The translations under genes and the position numbers were made by a program. The notes under the pieces are model-generated. The model saw only the letters and a program-made list of their open reading frames with translations, was not told the origin of the DNA and did no database searches. Below are positions 17,178 through 27,387 of a stretch of DNA of 64,000 nucleotides, one piece after another. Origin of the DNA: a virus (Duplodnaviria > Heunggongvirae > Uroviricota > Caudoviricetes); IMG/VR virus record IMGVR_UViG_3300009149_000021. The stretch is one strand, 5' to 3'. Positions within the stretch are counted from its first letter, which is position 1; each line of letters begins with the position of its first letter.

Positions 17178-17918
17178 CTATCCTCCTAGCTGTACAAACT
17201 TCAAGATTTCTTTGAATTTATTTTGTTTAATTGTTTTTTGCCACGGGAGCAAATTAAATTTAATAAATGATTTCAAATCGATTTGTCTTAAAGATGGATA
17301 CTGATTAAATTTTGGTGGCAAAAGTTTATCTTCTGCCGGACTACACCATTTATTTATATCTTTTCTATATCCAATTCTACGCATAGGATTATCTCTAATA
17401 ACAATTAAATCCAATCCTGGAATATTACTTTTCAGATGATCCTTAATAAATTTCTTTATCTCCCCATCATCCATATTTCTAAATTCAACGAAGAAATTAG
17501 AAGTGATGTGGTATCCAGTTCCAGAATATAAAATTTTAAAATGTTTTTTGAAAAAATTCATTTTAAATAATGGTAAGAAAAAAGAATATATTCTATCTGC
17601 TGAAGTCTTCTTTGGATCAATATCTAAAACCAACTGAAAAAAACTCACATCTTTCTCTTTTATAAATGGTGATATCCAAACTTCCATTTTACCATCTTGT
17701 AGGTCTTTAAAGTGCTTAACTTGTAAATCTTTTATAAACTCACTTACTGGCTTTTCCCTTATTGGCATTCTATCCAAGTACTTAAACTTTACAATAGATT
17801 TTTCATTTAACATTTTCACCCCAAAAATAAATTTTATTTTTGTTCTCTGGAATGAAGTTAGGTGGGGGTTAGTGTTGTAAATCAACACCAACCCCCGGTC
17901 ATCCCACCAAAACCCCAA
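17178..17918 (-). CDS. hypothetical protein
   Basis: ORF 246 aa. Confidence 0.4.
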   Translation of the reverse strand: MGFWWDDRGLVLIYNTNPHLTSFQRTKIKFIFGVKMLNEKSIVKFKYLDRMPIREKPVSEFIKDLQVKHFKDLQDGKMEVWISPFIKEKDVSFFQLVLDIDPKKTSADRIYSFFLPLFKMNFFKKHFKILYSGTGYHITSNFFVEFRNMDDGEIKKFIKDHLKSNIPGLDLIVIRDNPMRRIGYRKDINKWCSPAEDKLLPPKFNQYPSLRQIDLKSFIKFNLLPWQKTIKQNKFKEILKFVQLGG

Positions 17919-18169
17919 TTAACATTCCATGGTATGTAGCCGAAGCATACACCAACCAGGAGCGTAAGGGTAACTATTATAGTTTGGTTCAATATGGAAA
18001 GTGCCTTCTTCAGACAATTATCCACACCTCTCCAAACCATATCTATGGATTCCAACCCAGGAAATCCTTGCTGCCTTAGACGAGGCGTTGTGATTATTGC
18101 TAATCACACCGGGTCCGTTAGTTTTAGTTCCTCTAGGAGAAACCTTGGTGGGACCGTAACCCGGTAAAT

Positions 18170-18610
18170 TCAAAGAAACCTTTGCAAGCTTCTAATTTCC
18201 ATATTCGACCAAACAATTGTCTGGTCACAATCTTCACAGTATTGGAAGTTTGCCACTTTTCCGATACGGTGTTTTTGATCTTTTTCTAGCTCACCATCAT
18301 ACAACAAATACGTCTGACCAAATGATATATGATCAATTGATTTTAGAATTGTGCATGTGTGAGGTTTTCTCTTCTTAGTCAAGAAATTAAAACACGGATG
18401 TTTGTTCATGTTATCTTCATCAATTCTTTCTCTATCCAGGACAGAGAATTGAACCTTATCGAAATTCATTTTCTTTCGAGTTAATAAATCGATGGTTTTT
18501 CGTTTTCTATTATATTCAATCCATCGCTTCCCATCTACTCGAATATGATTTTTACCTGATTTCTCAAGGTCGCCAATAGCCACTTCTATTTTGCTTTTTG
18601 ATTTGCTCAT
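18170..18610 (-). CDS. hypothetical protein
   Basis: ORF 146 aa; overlaps the next gene by 4 nt. Confidence 0.4.
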   Translation of the reverse strand: MSKSKSKIEVAIGDLEKSGKNHIRVDGKRWIEYNRKRKTIDLLTRKKMNFDKVQFSVLDRERIDEDNMNKHPCFNFLTKKRKPHTCTILKSIDHISFGQTYLLYDGELEKDQKHRIGKVANFQYCEDCDQTIVWSNMEIRSLQRFL

Positions 18611-20187
18611 GCACGCCCCCCTATTTCTTTTCCACGTTTCACAATTTCAGGATCAGGATCAGATAACATTCCATCGATATTACCATAGGTTTCTAATGCA
18701 GTCATCCTTATCTTAGAGAAAGGATGCTTCATATCCCCTTTAGTAAAACCATGGATCTTCTTTGCTTCAAATGCTATTCTGACACTCGTATCATTTGTGT
18801 GGTGGGGAGTGAACCCCAGTTCTTTGCAGGCATGCAGGCGCATGTTATTATTTGGATCAAACAGATTATCTGACATGAATCCATCCTTCCTACATTTTTC
18901 CAGGCGTTCCTTATATGGAATGCTTAGATTAATTCTAGGATCGATAGATAGTTTAGAAAACACATCAATGTTGCTCTTGACAACATCCGAGCACGTCTCC
19001 CTGTATTTCATGTCCTTGCTAAAACATCCTCTGATCAGATTCAGAGGATTTTTCATGAACTGATAGAACGCAAACTGTTCTATATCTGATTTCTCATATT
19101 CCACATCGAAATCATTATACACGAAACAATAAATATTCTTTATTATTTCTGGTAACTTTTTCCATTCTTCCTTTATAACTCTTGCCACATTCTTATGCTT
19201 TGTATTCATCAACAAAATTATAATGGATTTTGTTGGAGCTATTGACATTGCTTTTTCCATGTTAATGATTTGGATGAGATCATTGCTCTTGATCTCTTTT
19301 GCTTTACTTGAAAGGAACTTGACAACCATTGCCTGTTGTGTTCCTTTGAAATTCCTTATAAAGAATTCCCAGAATAATTTCTTACTCCGGATCTTTTCTC
19401 TGAAAATGTCCAAATATTTGCAGACATCTGCATCAGATTTATTTTTCAGAATTTTCATCATTACTAGATCCGTCTCAGATCTTTTCCGTTTCTTTCTATA
19501 GAACACGGAGAGTCGAGAGAAGATCATTGCAGATATCTTCGTATCTTTTAAAATGTAATCTGCTAATGGATTGATTTTGGTTGAGCTTGATTTCATATTT
19601 GCAAATATTTCATTTATATATTTGCACGAGCTTCTTTTCAGAATCTCATATAACTCATCAGTATTTTCATTTTTCAAATGAAAATCTATCAAAGATTTGA
19701 TCTCGTACGACTGGGGGAGCATTTCGAATCTTTTATAAAATTCATCGTTCCTCAGATCTGAGATCGCAGTCCTGGCGCTGATTGAATTATCATGCGTTAT
19801 TTTGAATTGCATCTTTCCAAGCATGATCTTATCAATGCTCGAATTGACCTGGATGTTTGTTTTGACCTCCAGGCTTTTCCACAACTCTAACAATTCTGAT
19901 GGTATCATATTTCTCAACCCTTCATGCAGAATTATTATATTCTGTTTGAAGATGTCCGGATCATCATTTGGCAGTTTTAATAAATAGAATATTCTTTCGA
20001 CCATTCTAGTAATTGCGTTTTTTTGTCTCTTAGAGAAAAACAATAATGATATATCATCATTATAATTTTTCAAACACCCAGCTAAACTTTTCTCTTCCTT
20101 CTCAATCGCGCTCATTCTCGCGAGATGTGCAATTGAACTTATTTCGGAATTCTTTGTTGTAATTCCTTTGAAAAAATTATCAAGCAT
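18607..20187 (-). CDS. hypothetical protein
   Basis: ORF 526 aa; no recognisable motif. Confidence 0.45.
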   Translation of the reverse strand: MLDNFFKGITTKNSEISSIAHLARMSAIEKEEKSLAGCLKNYNDDISLLFFSKRQKNAITRMVERIFYLLKLPNDDPDIFKQNIIILHEGLRNMIPSELLELWKSLEVKTNIQVNSSIDKIMLGKMQFKITHDNSISARTAISDLRNDEFYKRFEMLPQSYEIKSLIDFHLKNENTDELYEILKRSSCKYINEIFANMKSSSTKINPLADYILKDTKISAMIFSRLSVFYRKKRKRSETDLVMMKILKNKSDADVCKYLDIFREKIRSKKLFWEFFIRNFKGTQQAMVVKFLSSKAKEIKSNDLIQIINMEKAMSIAPTKSIIILLMNTKHKNVARVIKEEWKKLPEIIKNIYCFVYNDFDVEYEKSDIEQFAFYQFMKNPLNLIRGCFSKDMKYRETCSDVVKSNIDVFSKLSIDPRINLSIPYKERLEKCRKDGFMSDNLFDPNNNMRLHACKELGFTPHHTNDTSVRIAFEAKKIHGFTKGDMKHPFSKIRMTALETYGNIDGMLSDPDPEIVKRGKEIGGRA

Positions 20188-20256
20188 TCTTATCTCCTAT
20201 TAAAAATCCATACAATACTTACTGCTCACTAATATATATATTTACTTTGTCAAACT

Positions 20257-22059
20257 TTATAAAATACTTATTTTTTCTGTTTCTTCTTTTACAACGTCTA
20301 CTTTTACTGGTTCCGATTTACTCAAGATACCATAAACCATCATTGTATTTTTTGGAATCTCGATTGGTTTTTTACCATCGTTCCATATTACAATTCTGAG
20401 TTCATCTTCAAAGGATTCTGTCACAACATTTGGTTTTGTCAGAACATGGACATCTTCCAATGTATCCAATGCACTCCTTGGTTCAAAATGCATATGATAT
20501 CCTTTCTCAATGCTACATCTCCACCCAGTCCTTACAAATTTTGTTTCGCCTGGATTTATAATATTTTGTTCAATTGAAAAGAATCCAAATCCCGGAGATT
20601 TTCTTTCTTTGTATGATGGTACTATTAAATCTATCTCAGCAATATCAGGACACGCGATAAAATTTATTGTCGTGTCTGGTGTGTTATTGTAGTTGTATGT
20701 GCTATAACCACGATTGTAGTTGTTTGCCGCATAGTTGTTTGCCGCGTAGTTGTTTGATGCAGCTGATGCATTCGTTCCGCTTGTGGTTGTTGGTTTTGTA
20801 ACAGTTGACTCAGTCGTAGTCGGTTCGGTTTCTGTTGACTCAGTTGTGACTGGTTTGGTTTCTTCTGGTTTTGTGTCAGTCTCTATTGATATCAAAACAA
20901 AATCTTTACCATCAACAACTTTTATTTTATCCGAATCTCGTTTAACTTCTTCATATTTTTCTAATGCATGCCTGCTTTGTTCACTGAGCGGCTCCGCATT
21001 CGCGATATAGATGGTTGCTAAAATTTCATAAAAATTTGATTTAAATAACCACGTTGCAGCATTATTCAATCTTTTTATTACTGGTTTATCATATCCATCA
21101 GCACCCGCATCTATGAACAATCCCTTTCCGAGTTTGCAAAGATATTCTCCTAATTGACGTTCCTCAATTGGTTTTCCATTCTTGGCAAAAATAGAATTGA
21201 TTCTATTTAGATTTACATATTTATCAAAAAGATGACTTAGCAGAACTTCTGCTTTTGCATCTTCAGTTTTTATATCTTCGGTTGTTTCATTTCCCATTGC
21301 TTTCTCCATAAGATTTAATTCTGGCGTATCCACTGTTTTTTGGTTTGTTATTTTTTTAAATATTTCTCTCACAAGTTTAAAAATCATTCTTTCACCCTTA
21401 AATGTTTTATTATGCACAATAGGTCTAAAAACAATTCCTCCAATTAAATTATTTTCTAGTGAAATTTCATGCAACATCAATGATATAGCAGAAATCTTTT
21501 TGTCTGGTGTCAATTTTAATATATCTTCCATTTTTCCGGATCTTATCACTGGTACAGTTTTCATCTCTAGCATTCTTGCCAATTCTTTAACTCTGTCCCA
21601 TCCAACAAAAATTCCATTTATTGATATATCGTGTATCCACCAGTGATTTTGTGGAGAATAAATAACCATAGAATCCATTGGAATTCCAAATTTTGTTGGG
21701 TTGCCGGCTGGGTGTTTAAAATTAAAGAATCCACCAAACAGCACTCCATATATTTGTACCTTTACTTTTTCTGATCTACAAAATTCAATTATTTTTTTAT
21801 AATGAATAGATACAACATCCCCAGCACAACCATAAAAGCTTTCATCTGCAAAACCATATTTTCCACCAATTGCCAAATTGCCATCAGGATCACATAATAT
21901 GGAAACACAACTTCCTCTTATTTTTTCCGTCGCAACCCACTCATGACTATTTCCATTTGAGGCTTCGATGTCTGCTATAACTGTTGGTGATAATTCCTGT
22001 ATTCCATAATATCTTCGAAATACATCTTTTAGTTTTTCTGGTTGTAGAATATAAGTCAT
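20257..22059 (-). CDS. RNA-ligase-like nucleotidyltransferase (Rnl2-type motifs) fused via Thr/Pro-rich linker to a dUTPase-fold domain
   Basis: N-terminus: ATEKIRGS (motif I KxxG), GGIVFRP (motif IV-like), FKLVRE (motif V-like). Linker: TKPEETKPVTTESTETEPTTT then NNYAANNYAANNY. C-terminus: AEIDL, PRSALD and VIWNDG match dUTPase motifs 1, 2 and 3-tail; motif 3 core is TESFE instead of IDSDY. Confidence 0.5.
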   Translation of the reverse strand: MTYILQPEKLKDVFRRYYGIQELSPTVIADIEASNGNSHEWVATEKIRGSCVSILCDPDGNLAIGGKYGFADESFYGCAGDVVSIHYKKIIEFCRSEKVKVQIYGVLFGGFFNFKHPAGNPTKFGIPMDSMVIYSPQNHWWIHDISINGIFVGWDRVKELARMLEMKTVPVIRSGKMEDILKLTPDKKISAISLMLHEISLENNLIGGIVFRPIVHNKTFKGERMIFKLVREIFKKITNQKTVDTPELNLMEKAMGNETTEDIKTEDAKAEVLLSHLFDKYVNLNRINSIFAKNGKPIEERQLGEYLCKLGKGLFIDAGADGYDKPVIKRLNNAATWLFKSNFYEILATIYIANAEPLSEQSRHALEKYEEVKRDSDKIKVVDGKDFVLISIETDTKPEETKPVTTESTETEPTTTESTVTKPTTTSGTNASAASNNYAANNYAANNYNRGYSTYNYNNTPDTTINFIACPDIAEIDLIVPSYKERKSPGFGFFSIEQNIINPGETKFVRTGWRCSIEKGYHMHFEPRSALDTLEDVHVLTKPNVVTESFEDELRIVIWNDGKKPIEIPKNTMMVYGILSKSEPVKVDVVKEETEKISIL

Positions 22060-22631
22060 TCTTTCTCCTCTTTATCAATTAGGTCAAATAAAGAAATATT
22101 AAATTTAATCCATGCAAACGAATTTCCCCATGTGTGTTTTGTTCCTGGACTAGCAGGCATATCTGTTTCTGTCCATGAAAAAGCAAACATAATATCACAA
22201 TTTCCATTTTCAATATTTCTCTTTTTAAAACCACTAAATATTTTTATCTCCGCACCAAGATCAATTGCTTTTTGTATTTCTAATAAAGAATTTATTCCTG
22301 TTATTCTTTGAAAGTTTTTATGATAATAATTGCTTATTGATCCGGGACTTTTAAATCCTTCCTCCACATACTTTCCGTTTTTGAATTCCGATGGTAGACA
22401 CAAGATCAATTTGTATATAGGATTTTCTAAAAATAATTGAACAGCAAGATGATCAGACCATGCCGCACCACCAGAAATTAAAATGAACTCATCATTAGTG
22501 TAAAGTTTTACAATGACATTCATCTTCTTATTTAATAGGCTTTTCATATTCATAAAAAGTTCTGGTGTCAATTTATCATTAATTTTAAAATCTCTCCCCG
22601 CAGTACCTATAATTGCTATCTTCATTACCAA
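22056..22631 (-). CDS. DprA/Smf-like (SLOG superfamily) Rossmann-domain protein
   Basis: IAIIGTAGRD and LISGGAAWSDHLA match the DprA motifs (VAIVGSR ... ISGxAxGxDxxAH). Confidence 0.5.
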   Translation of the reverse strand: MVMKIAIIGTAGRDFKINDKLTPELFMNMKSLLNKKMNVIVKLYTNDEFILISGGAAWSDHLAVQLFLENPIYKLILCLPSEFKNGKYVEEGFKSPGSISNYYHKNFQRITGINSLLEIQKAIDLGAEIKIFSGFKKRNIENGNCDIMFAFSWTETDMPASPGTKHTWGNSFAWIKFNISLFDLIDKEEKE

Positions 22632-23527
22632 TCCTCATCCTCATCTTCATCTTCATAATCATCATCATCATATTCATCATATTCTTCCTCAGGTTCTGCT
22701 TCGGGCACTGCCTCAGATTCCATCCTAATACTAGGGGCACAACAGCTTTCCGAACGAACTGACAAAAATTCACCATCTGATTGACCTTCAGATGTTTCTT
22801 CCAAATCTGGTGGTTGATATTTTAATTCGGATATACGCATCCTAGATTCATGATATTCCTGTGGAAGATTGAAAAGAAAAATAACATTAAATAAACTTAT
22901 ATCATCTAAAAGACACACCAATCTAGGCAATATTACATTTTCCCAGATATTATGTTTATTTGCAAGGCCCGCGCCCACTTTAGATATGAGAAATATTTTA
23001 TCTTGAGATTTTCTAATACGATCAATTAAATTATCGGATTCTTCTTCATATACTTGCATGTATTCTTTTGCTGTATAATATGATGAGTCTGCGTGTGATG
23101 GATATTTTTTTGTTACAAATCCATATGAATTTAATTCATTTCTCAATTTAGCAGCCACACCACAACCTTCTCTCATTGTGTTATCACCAAATACAAAAAT
23201 ACATTCCTGATGATTTCTTAGAAAAATTTTATCTATGAAAACCTCTCTCCTAAGACACTTTTCATTCGAGCTATCACCCGTATTCATTCGACGTATTTTT
23301 CGTTCATATGCAGCATCATCTGGAAAATATTCCCACTCCTTTTCAATAAAAAGATTCTTTTCATCTATTCCTTCATCTAATTCCACATATATTTTTTTTC
23401 TCATCGCCTTGTGTTTATAATAAGAATCATATAAAGGTATAAAAGAGTGATCAATTCTTTTAAACAATTTATATTTCATTATTCTTAAATTATCTTTTTC
23501 GGCTAGTAGCGTATCATATAAATTCAT
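22625..23527 (-). CDS. hypothetical protein with extreme acidic C-terminal tail
   Basis: ORF 300 aa ending EPEEEYDEYDDDDYEDEDEDEDW. Confidence 0.4.
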   Translation of the reverse strand: MNLYDTLLAEKDNLRIMKYKLFKRIDHSFIPLYDSYYKHKAMRKKIYVELDEGIDEKNLFIEKEWEYFPDDAAYERKIRRMNTGDSSNEKCLRREVFIDKIFLRNHQECIFVFGDNTMREGCGVAAKLRNELNSYGFVTKKYPSHADSSYYTAKEYMQVYEEESDNLIDRIRKSQDKIFLISKVGAGLANKHNIWENVILPRLVCLLDDISLFNVIFLFNLPQEYHESRMRISELKYQPPDLEETSEGQSDGEFLSVRSESCCAPSIRMESEAVPEAEPEEEYDEYDDDDYEDEDEDEDW

Positions 23528-23539
23528 TCTTAATCTCGA

Positions 23540-24892
23540 TCATTTTATCATTTCAAGATATTTAAATGCATCGTTTTTATCAACGATTTCACCTTCCAAT
23601 GTTTTTTCAATTAATTCATTCTTTATATTTTTTATCCATGGTCCTGGTTCAAAACAAGAATAGAATTCCATTATTTCATTTCCATCGAGTGGTGATTTTA
23701 TTTCAGATGGTTTTTCTGGAATATACTCACATTCCAATATACTATCAAAAAATTCTGTATTTTTATCCAGTTCTATATCGGATTTTCCCAATAGTATTAG
23801 TGGTTGAAGAATCTCTACATGCTTTCTAATGAATCTTGAAAATAATCTTCTATTGGGTTTATTATCACATGCTTCCTTGAGATGCTTCACATCCATATGG
23901 CTTGCAACGAGTTTAGAAATGAAATTGGTTTCAACTCTTTTCATTTTTAAATCGTCACATATAATTCTGGCCATCGCTCCACCATAATACGCATGGGCTG
24001 TAAATTTATACATTCCTTCTTGTCCACTACGAGTTAGTAATTTTCCAGTATCATGTATAAGAGCGGCGAATCTTATTAAAACATCTGTCGTCAACTTTGA
24101 TACATTTTCCAAAACATCAATAGTATGCTCATATACATCTTTCCTATGCCACGCACTTGATTGAGAAAAATATTTCATGGATTGGACGGGCGGCACAATA
24201 TATTTTAATAACCCCGACCACTCAAGATGATATATAGCATTCCTTATATTTTCACTTGGACATCCAAGAATTTTAAATAATTCATCTCGAATCCTTTCTT
24301 TAGAAATTGACGCTATATTTCTACAATTTTTTGATATAGTCCTTGAGAGACTTTCATCTATATTGAATCCGAGTTGTGCCCTGAATCTCATTGCTCTCAA
24401 CATCCGCAACCAATCCTCTTCCATTCTTTTTTCGGGATCACCAATGGCTCTGATAATCTTTCTTTTAATATCACTCTGTCCATCAAAATAATCAATTATT
24501 TCACCAGTAATTGGATCCAATGCCAGTGCATTCATTGTGAAGTCTCGTCGTTTACAATCTTCTTCCAATGTTCTTGCTACTTCCACATCAGCATGTCTCC
24601 CATCACAATTGTGATCAGTCCTAAATGTTGTTATCTCATACATTTCATTTGGACCACCATCCTTTATTACTATTGTCAGAGTGAGATGTTTCAACCCAGT
24701 ATCTTTAATTGTTATTCGGTCATCATTATATTTTTCAAATATTTCTTTTATTTGATCGGGCATCGCAGATGTCGTAAAGTCATAATCTTTTGGGGTTCTT
24801 CCTAATATATTATCTCTCACACAACCACCAACCAAATAAATCTCATGTCCTGCGTCTTTAATTATCTTCGCAATTGTCTGTATCGAGTTCAC
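23540..24892 (-). CDS. cca: tRNA nucleotidyltransferase (CCA-adding enzyme) with HD domain
   Basis: Head-domain GGCVRD..DYDF; HD motif AALIHDTGK; 450 aa. Confidence 0.8.
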   Translation of the reverse strand: MNSIQTIAKIIKDAGHEIYLVGGCVRDNILGRTPKDYDFTTSAMPDQIKEIFEKYNDDRITIKDTGLKHLTLTIVIKDGGPNEMYEITTFRTDHNCDGRHADVEVARTLEEDCKRRDFTMNALALDPITGEIIDYFDGQSDIKRKIIRAIGDPEKRMEEDWLRMLRAMRFRAQLGFNIDESLSRTISKNCRNIASISKERIRDELFKILGCPSENIRNAIYHLEWSGLLKYIVPPVQSMKYFSQSSAWHRKDVYEHTIDVLENVSKLTTDVLIRFAALIHDTGKLLTRSGQEGMYKFTAHAYYGGAMARIICDDLKMKRVETNFISKLVASHMDVKHLKEACDNKPNRRLFSRFIRKHVEILQPLILLGKSDIELDKNTEFFDSILECEYIPEKPSEIKSPLDGNEIMEFYSCFEPGPWIKNIKNELIEKTLEGEIVDKNDAFKYLEMIK

Positions 24893-25793
24893 TTAATTTA
24901 TCCCCCTTATAAAAATTTATCAATTTATGAACATCAACAATTTTACCTTCTATATTTCTTAATATATCAGCTATATTAGCATTCTTCTCAAGTTTCAAAT
25001 CACCATAAAATTCTTCAATGCATTTTATTAATAACATTTTTATTTTTTCTTCATCAACTTCATATGGTATTGTAGAAGCATCATATAACTTCTCAAGCCT
25101 TGCTTCATTTCTTTCAAAAAAATCTAAGATTCTCTGTATTTCCCACTCGCCTCTGCGAATAGATTTTAAAACTTCATTATGCTTCATAAGATCCATTTCG
25201 CCAGTAGTTAAGAGTTCCTCAACCTCAAGGAGAAGTCTGACTAAATGTGATGCAAATTTTACATCATAACCATATTTCTCAACTATTGCTACACGCTTTC
25301 CTTCCGGAACTTTTTTCTGCATCTTATCTTTCTGGCTCATCGCATATCCTCTGAAGGTGTGCCAACATTGTTTGCTGACAAATATTCTTCTATTTTCCAG
25401 AACCATTTTTCCTATTCGTGTTATGTGAGTGTGTAATTGCTCTCTGGTAAAGAGAGAATCTAACATGTTGGGGTTGTTATTAGCCACCAATCTAAAATAC
25501 CGCACAATTGAAAATATTGTTCCTTCAGCTTCTTTCTTTTTATATATAAATTTCCCTGGTGTTTGAAATTGTTTAAATATGGGAATATTGTTATCGAATC
25601 CATGTATGTATCCAAATAAATTTGGAACTATAAATTGTTTTGGTGGAATTGTAAAACCGCAAATATCATAATCCGATTGGTCGGTTTGACATCCATATGC
25701 TTGTGATCCAACAATAGTTTCATATTGTAGGTTATCTACTATCCACTCATCAAAACAACAACATGCTTGTAAAACGGATTTATTTATAATCAT
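24858..25793 (-). CDS. minimal Pol-beta-superfamily nucleotidyltransferase
   Basis: VGSQAYGCQTDQSDYDI fits the G[SG]-x(9-13)-D-x-D NTase signature. Confidence 0.5.
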   Translation of the reverse strand: MIINKSVLQACCCFDEWIVDNLQYETIVGSQAYGCQTDQSDYDICGFTIPPKQFIVPNLFGYIHGFDNNIPIFKQFQTPGKFIYKKKEAEGTIFSIVRYFRLVANNNPNMLDSLFTREQLHTHITRIGKMVLENRRIFVSKQCWHTFRGYAMSQKDKMQKKVPEGKRVAIVEKYGYDVKFASHLVRLLLEVEELLTTGEMDLMKHNEVLKSIRRGEWEIQRILDFFERNEARLEKLYDASTIPYEVDEEKIKMLLIKCIEEFYGDLKLEKNANIADILRNIEGKIVDVHKLINFYKGDKLSELDTDNCEDN

Positions 25794-25841
25794 TCACACC
25801 TCATTTGAAAAAGAGGGGATTTTCACCCCTCATGTATTCTT

Positions 25842-26042
25842 CTATACTATTTGACTTCCCCTGGCCCAATGACCAGTCTCCAAATCAATCACATATAAAT
25901 TTGGTTTTCCGTGCATTTCTTTCACCGGAGTCCCCGACTTATCCGTTGGCCGTAATAATTTTTCAATATTAACAATTATGGACTCTACAACTTTTCCACC
26001 AATATTAACAGAAACAAAATCACCAATATGATATTTAGGCAC
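25842..26042 (-). CDS. small hypothetical protein
   Basis: ORF 66 aa. Confidence 0.3.
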   Translation of the reverse strand: MPKYHIGDFVSVNIGGKVVESIIVNIEKLLRPTDKSGTPVKEMHGKPNLYVIDLETGHWARGSQIV

Positions 26043-26077
26043 GGAATCCTCCTACTTATTTTTTCCTACTAATTGAA

Positions 26078-26527
26078 CTAACATGGTCGATTCTCCATAA
26101 GATACTTATAAGCCTCATGATACTTTTTAACTAATTTTATATCATTAGATGAAACTTTTTCCAACCTCAATACATTTATATTGTCTTTCAGGTCAGCAAT
26201 TTTTACCTGATATGCTATTGAATTTTCACACACACGTGCAATATATTGCATATATTCTTCTTCATCTCTCTTTGATATTGCGTCGATTGCACAGAGAACA
26301 TCATCACTAAATCCCATCTTCTTCAATGTCTTTATAGATATCGGTGTGTCTTCGATTATATCATGTAGGATTGCTGTTATGACAATATCTTGCTCATTAG
26401 GGACCGAATTCATTACTCTGAGGCAGTGAAGAATATATGGTTGATTTGCTCTGTCCGTGGCCCCATAATGAAAATTCAATGCAACCTTCAATGCCTTTTC
26501 AATTAAATTTTCTTCTCTAATTTTCAT
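26078..26527 (-). CDS. small HD-domain hydrolase, (p)ppGpp-hydrolase (SpoT/Mesh1)-like
   Basis: HCLRV...ILHDIIEDT matches the H...HD..EDT hydrolase signature of RelA/SpoT-type HD domains. Confidence 0.55.
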   Translation of the reverse strand: MKIREENLIEKALKVALNFHYGATDRANQPYILHCLRVMNSVPNEQDIVITAILHDIIEDTPISIKTLKKMGFSDDVLCAIDAISKRDEEEYMQYIARVCENSIAYQVKIADLKDNINVLRLEKVSSNDIKLVKKYHEAYKYLMENRPC

Positions 26528-27165
26528 CCCAGTTCAATCCCCTTTGCTGTATCGCCAACATCTTTTAGAACTCCAACATGACACACGGCAAACTGCTTCT
26601 TATAATTTTCTTTCTCTTTTGATTCGTCCCATCTAGCCATTTCATAGAATGCCCCAAATACAAAATTATTAAGTGTTATGATAGCAGGGAGTGTCGTTGT
26701 GTAATCATTATAATGAAATTCTCCTTTTGATATCGTTATAGAGACATCTAACAGCTCCATCAAAAACTCAGAAATATCAATTCTATATATACCATCATCA
26801 TCGTCACATTTTCCATTTAGTGTTGCAAATGTTTCCATAGCATCAAAATATTTGTCATCATCAACAGATATTTCTTCTGGTCGATATGTCATGAATAACT
26901 CACAATAATCCAATGCTTTTTTATCTGATGGTTTTTTATTTTTTATTTTGGCAAACATATTTGTGAAATATGGACCATAAAAATTGAGTGTCTGTAGCAA
27001 TGGATATTTATGCACAGTCTTGAAAAAACTCCTAAACGTAAACCCTTTTTCCAACGTTATCATGTCATTTATCCTAGACAAAATTAATAATGGGTCCACA
27101 TTATAAAATGTAGACGACTCACTTCTTTTGTATTGGATTTGACCATTACCCTTTATATATAACAT
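26524..27165 (-). CDS. hypothetical protein
   Basis: ORF 213 aa; 4-nt overlap with the HD gene. Confidence 0.4.
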   Translation of the reverse strand: MLYIKGNGQIQYKRSESSTFYNVDPLLILSRINDMITLEKGFTFRSFFKTVHKYPLLQTLNFYGPYFTNMFAKIKNKKPSDKKALDYCELFMTYRPEEISVDDDKYFDAMETFATLNGKCDDDDGIYRIDISEFLMELLDVSITISKGEFHYNDYTTTLPAIITLNNFVFGAFYEMARWDESKEKENYKKQFAVCHVGVLKDVGDTAKGIELG

Positions 27166-27387
27166 CTAACCTCCATCAAAGATCACCTTCCATTGTATGT
27201 CCTTCCATATCCCAAAAATACTCATATAAGCATACATCCAACTGTCCCTCAATGAGTATTCTATCAAAGATTTTCTTTGATTTATATTTTCTACTAGTAG
27301 ACTTTTTACCATTAATCTTTTTCATATTTATACTCTCCTCCTCTCATTTCTAAAGGTAAAAGAAATAATTATATTTCTTTACCGGCA

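Noticed and set aside
20700-20770. Short direct repeats (15-nt x3) that could be mistaken for a mini CRISPR or iteron array
   Set aside because: They lie inside the ligase-dUTPase fusion ORF and encode the NNYAANNYAANNY linker. No spacer-repeat architecture exists anywhere in the window, so there is no CRISPR array.
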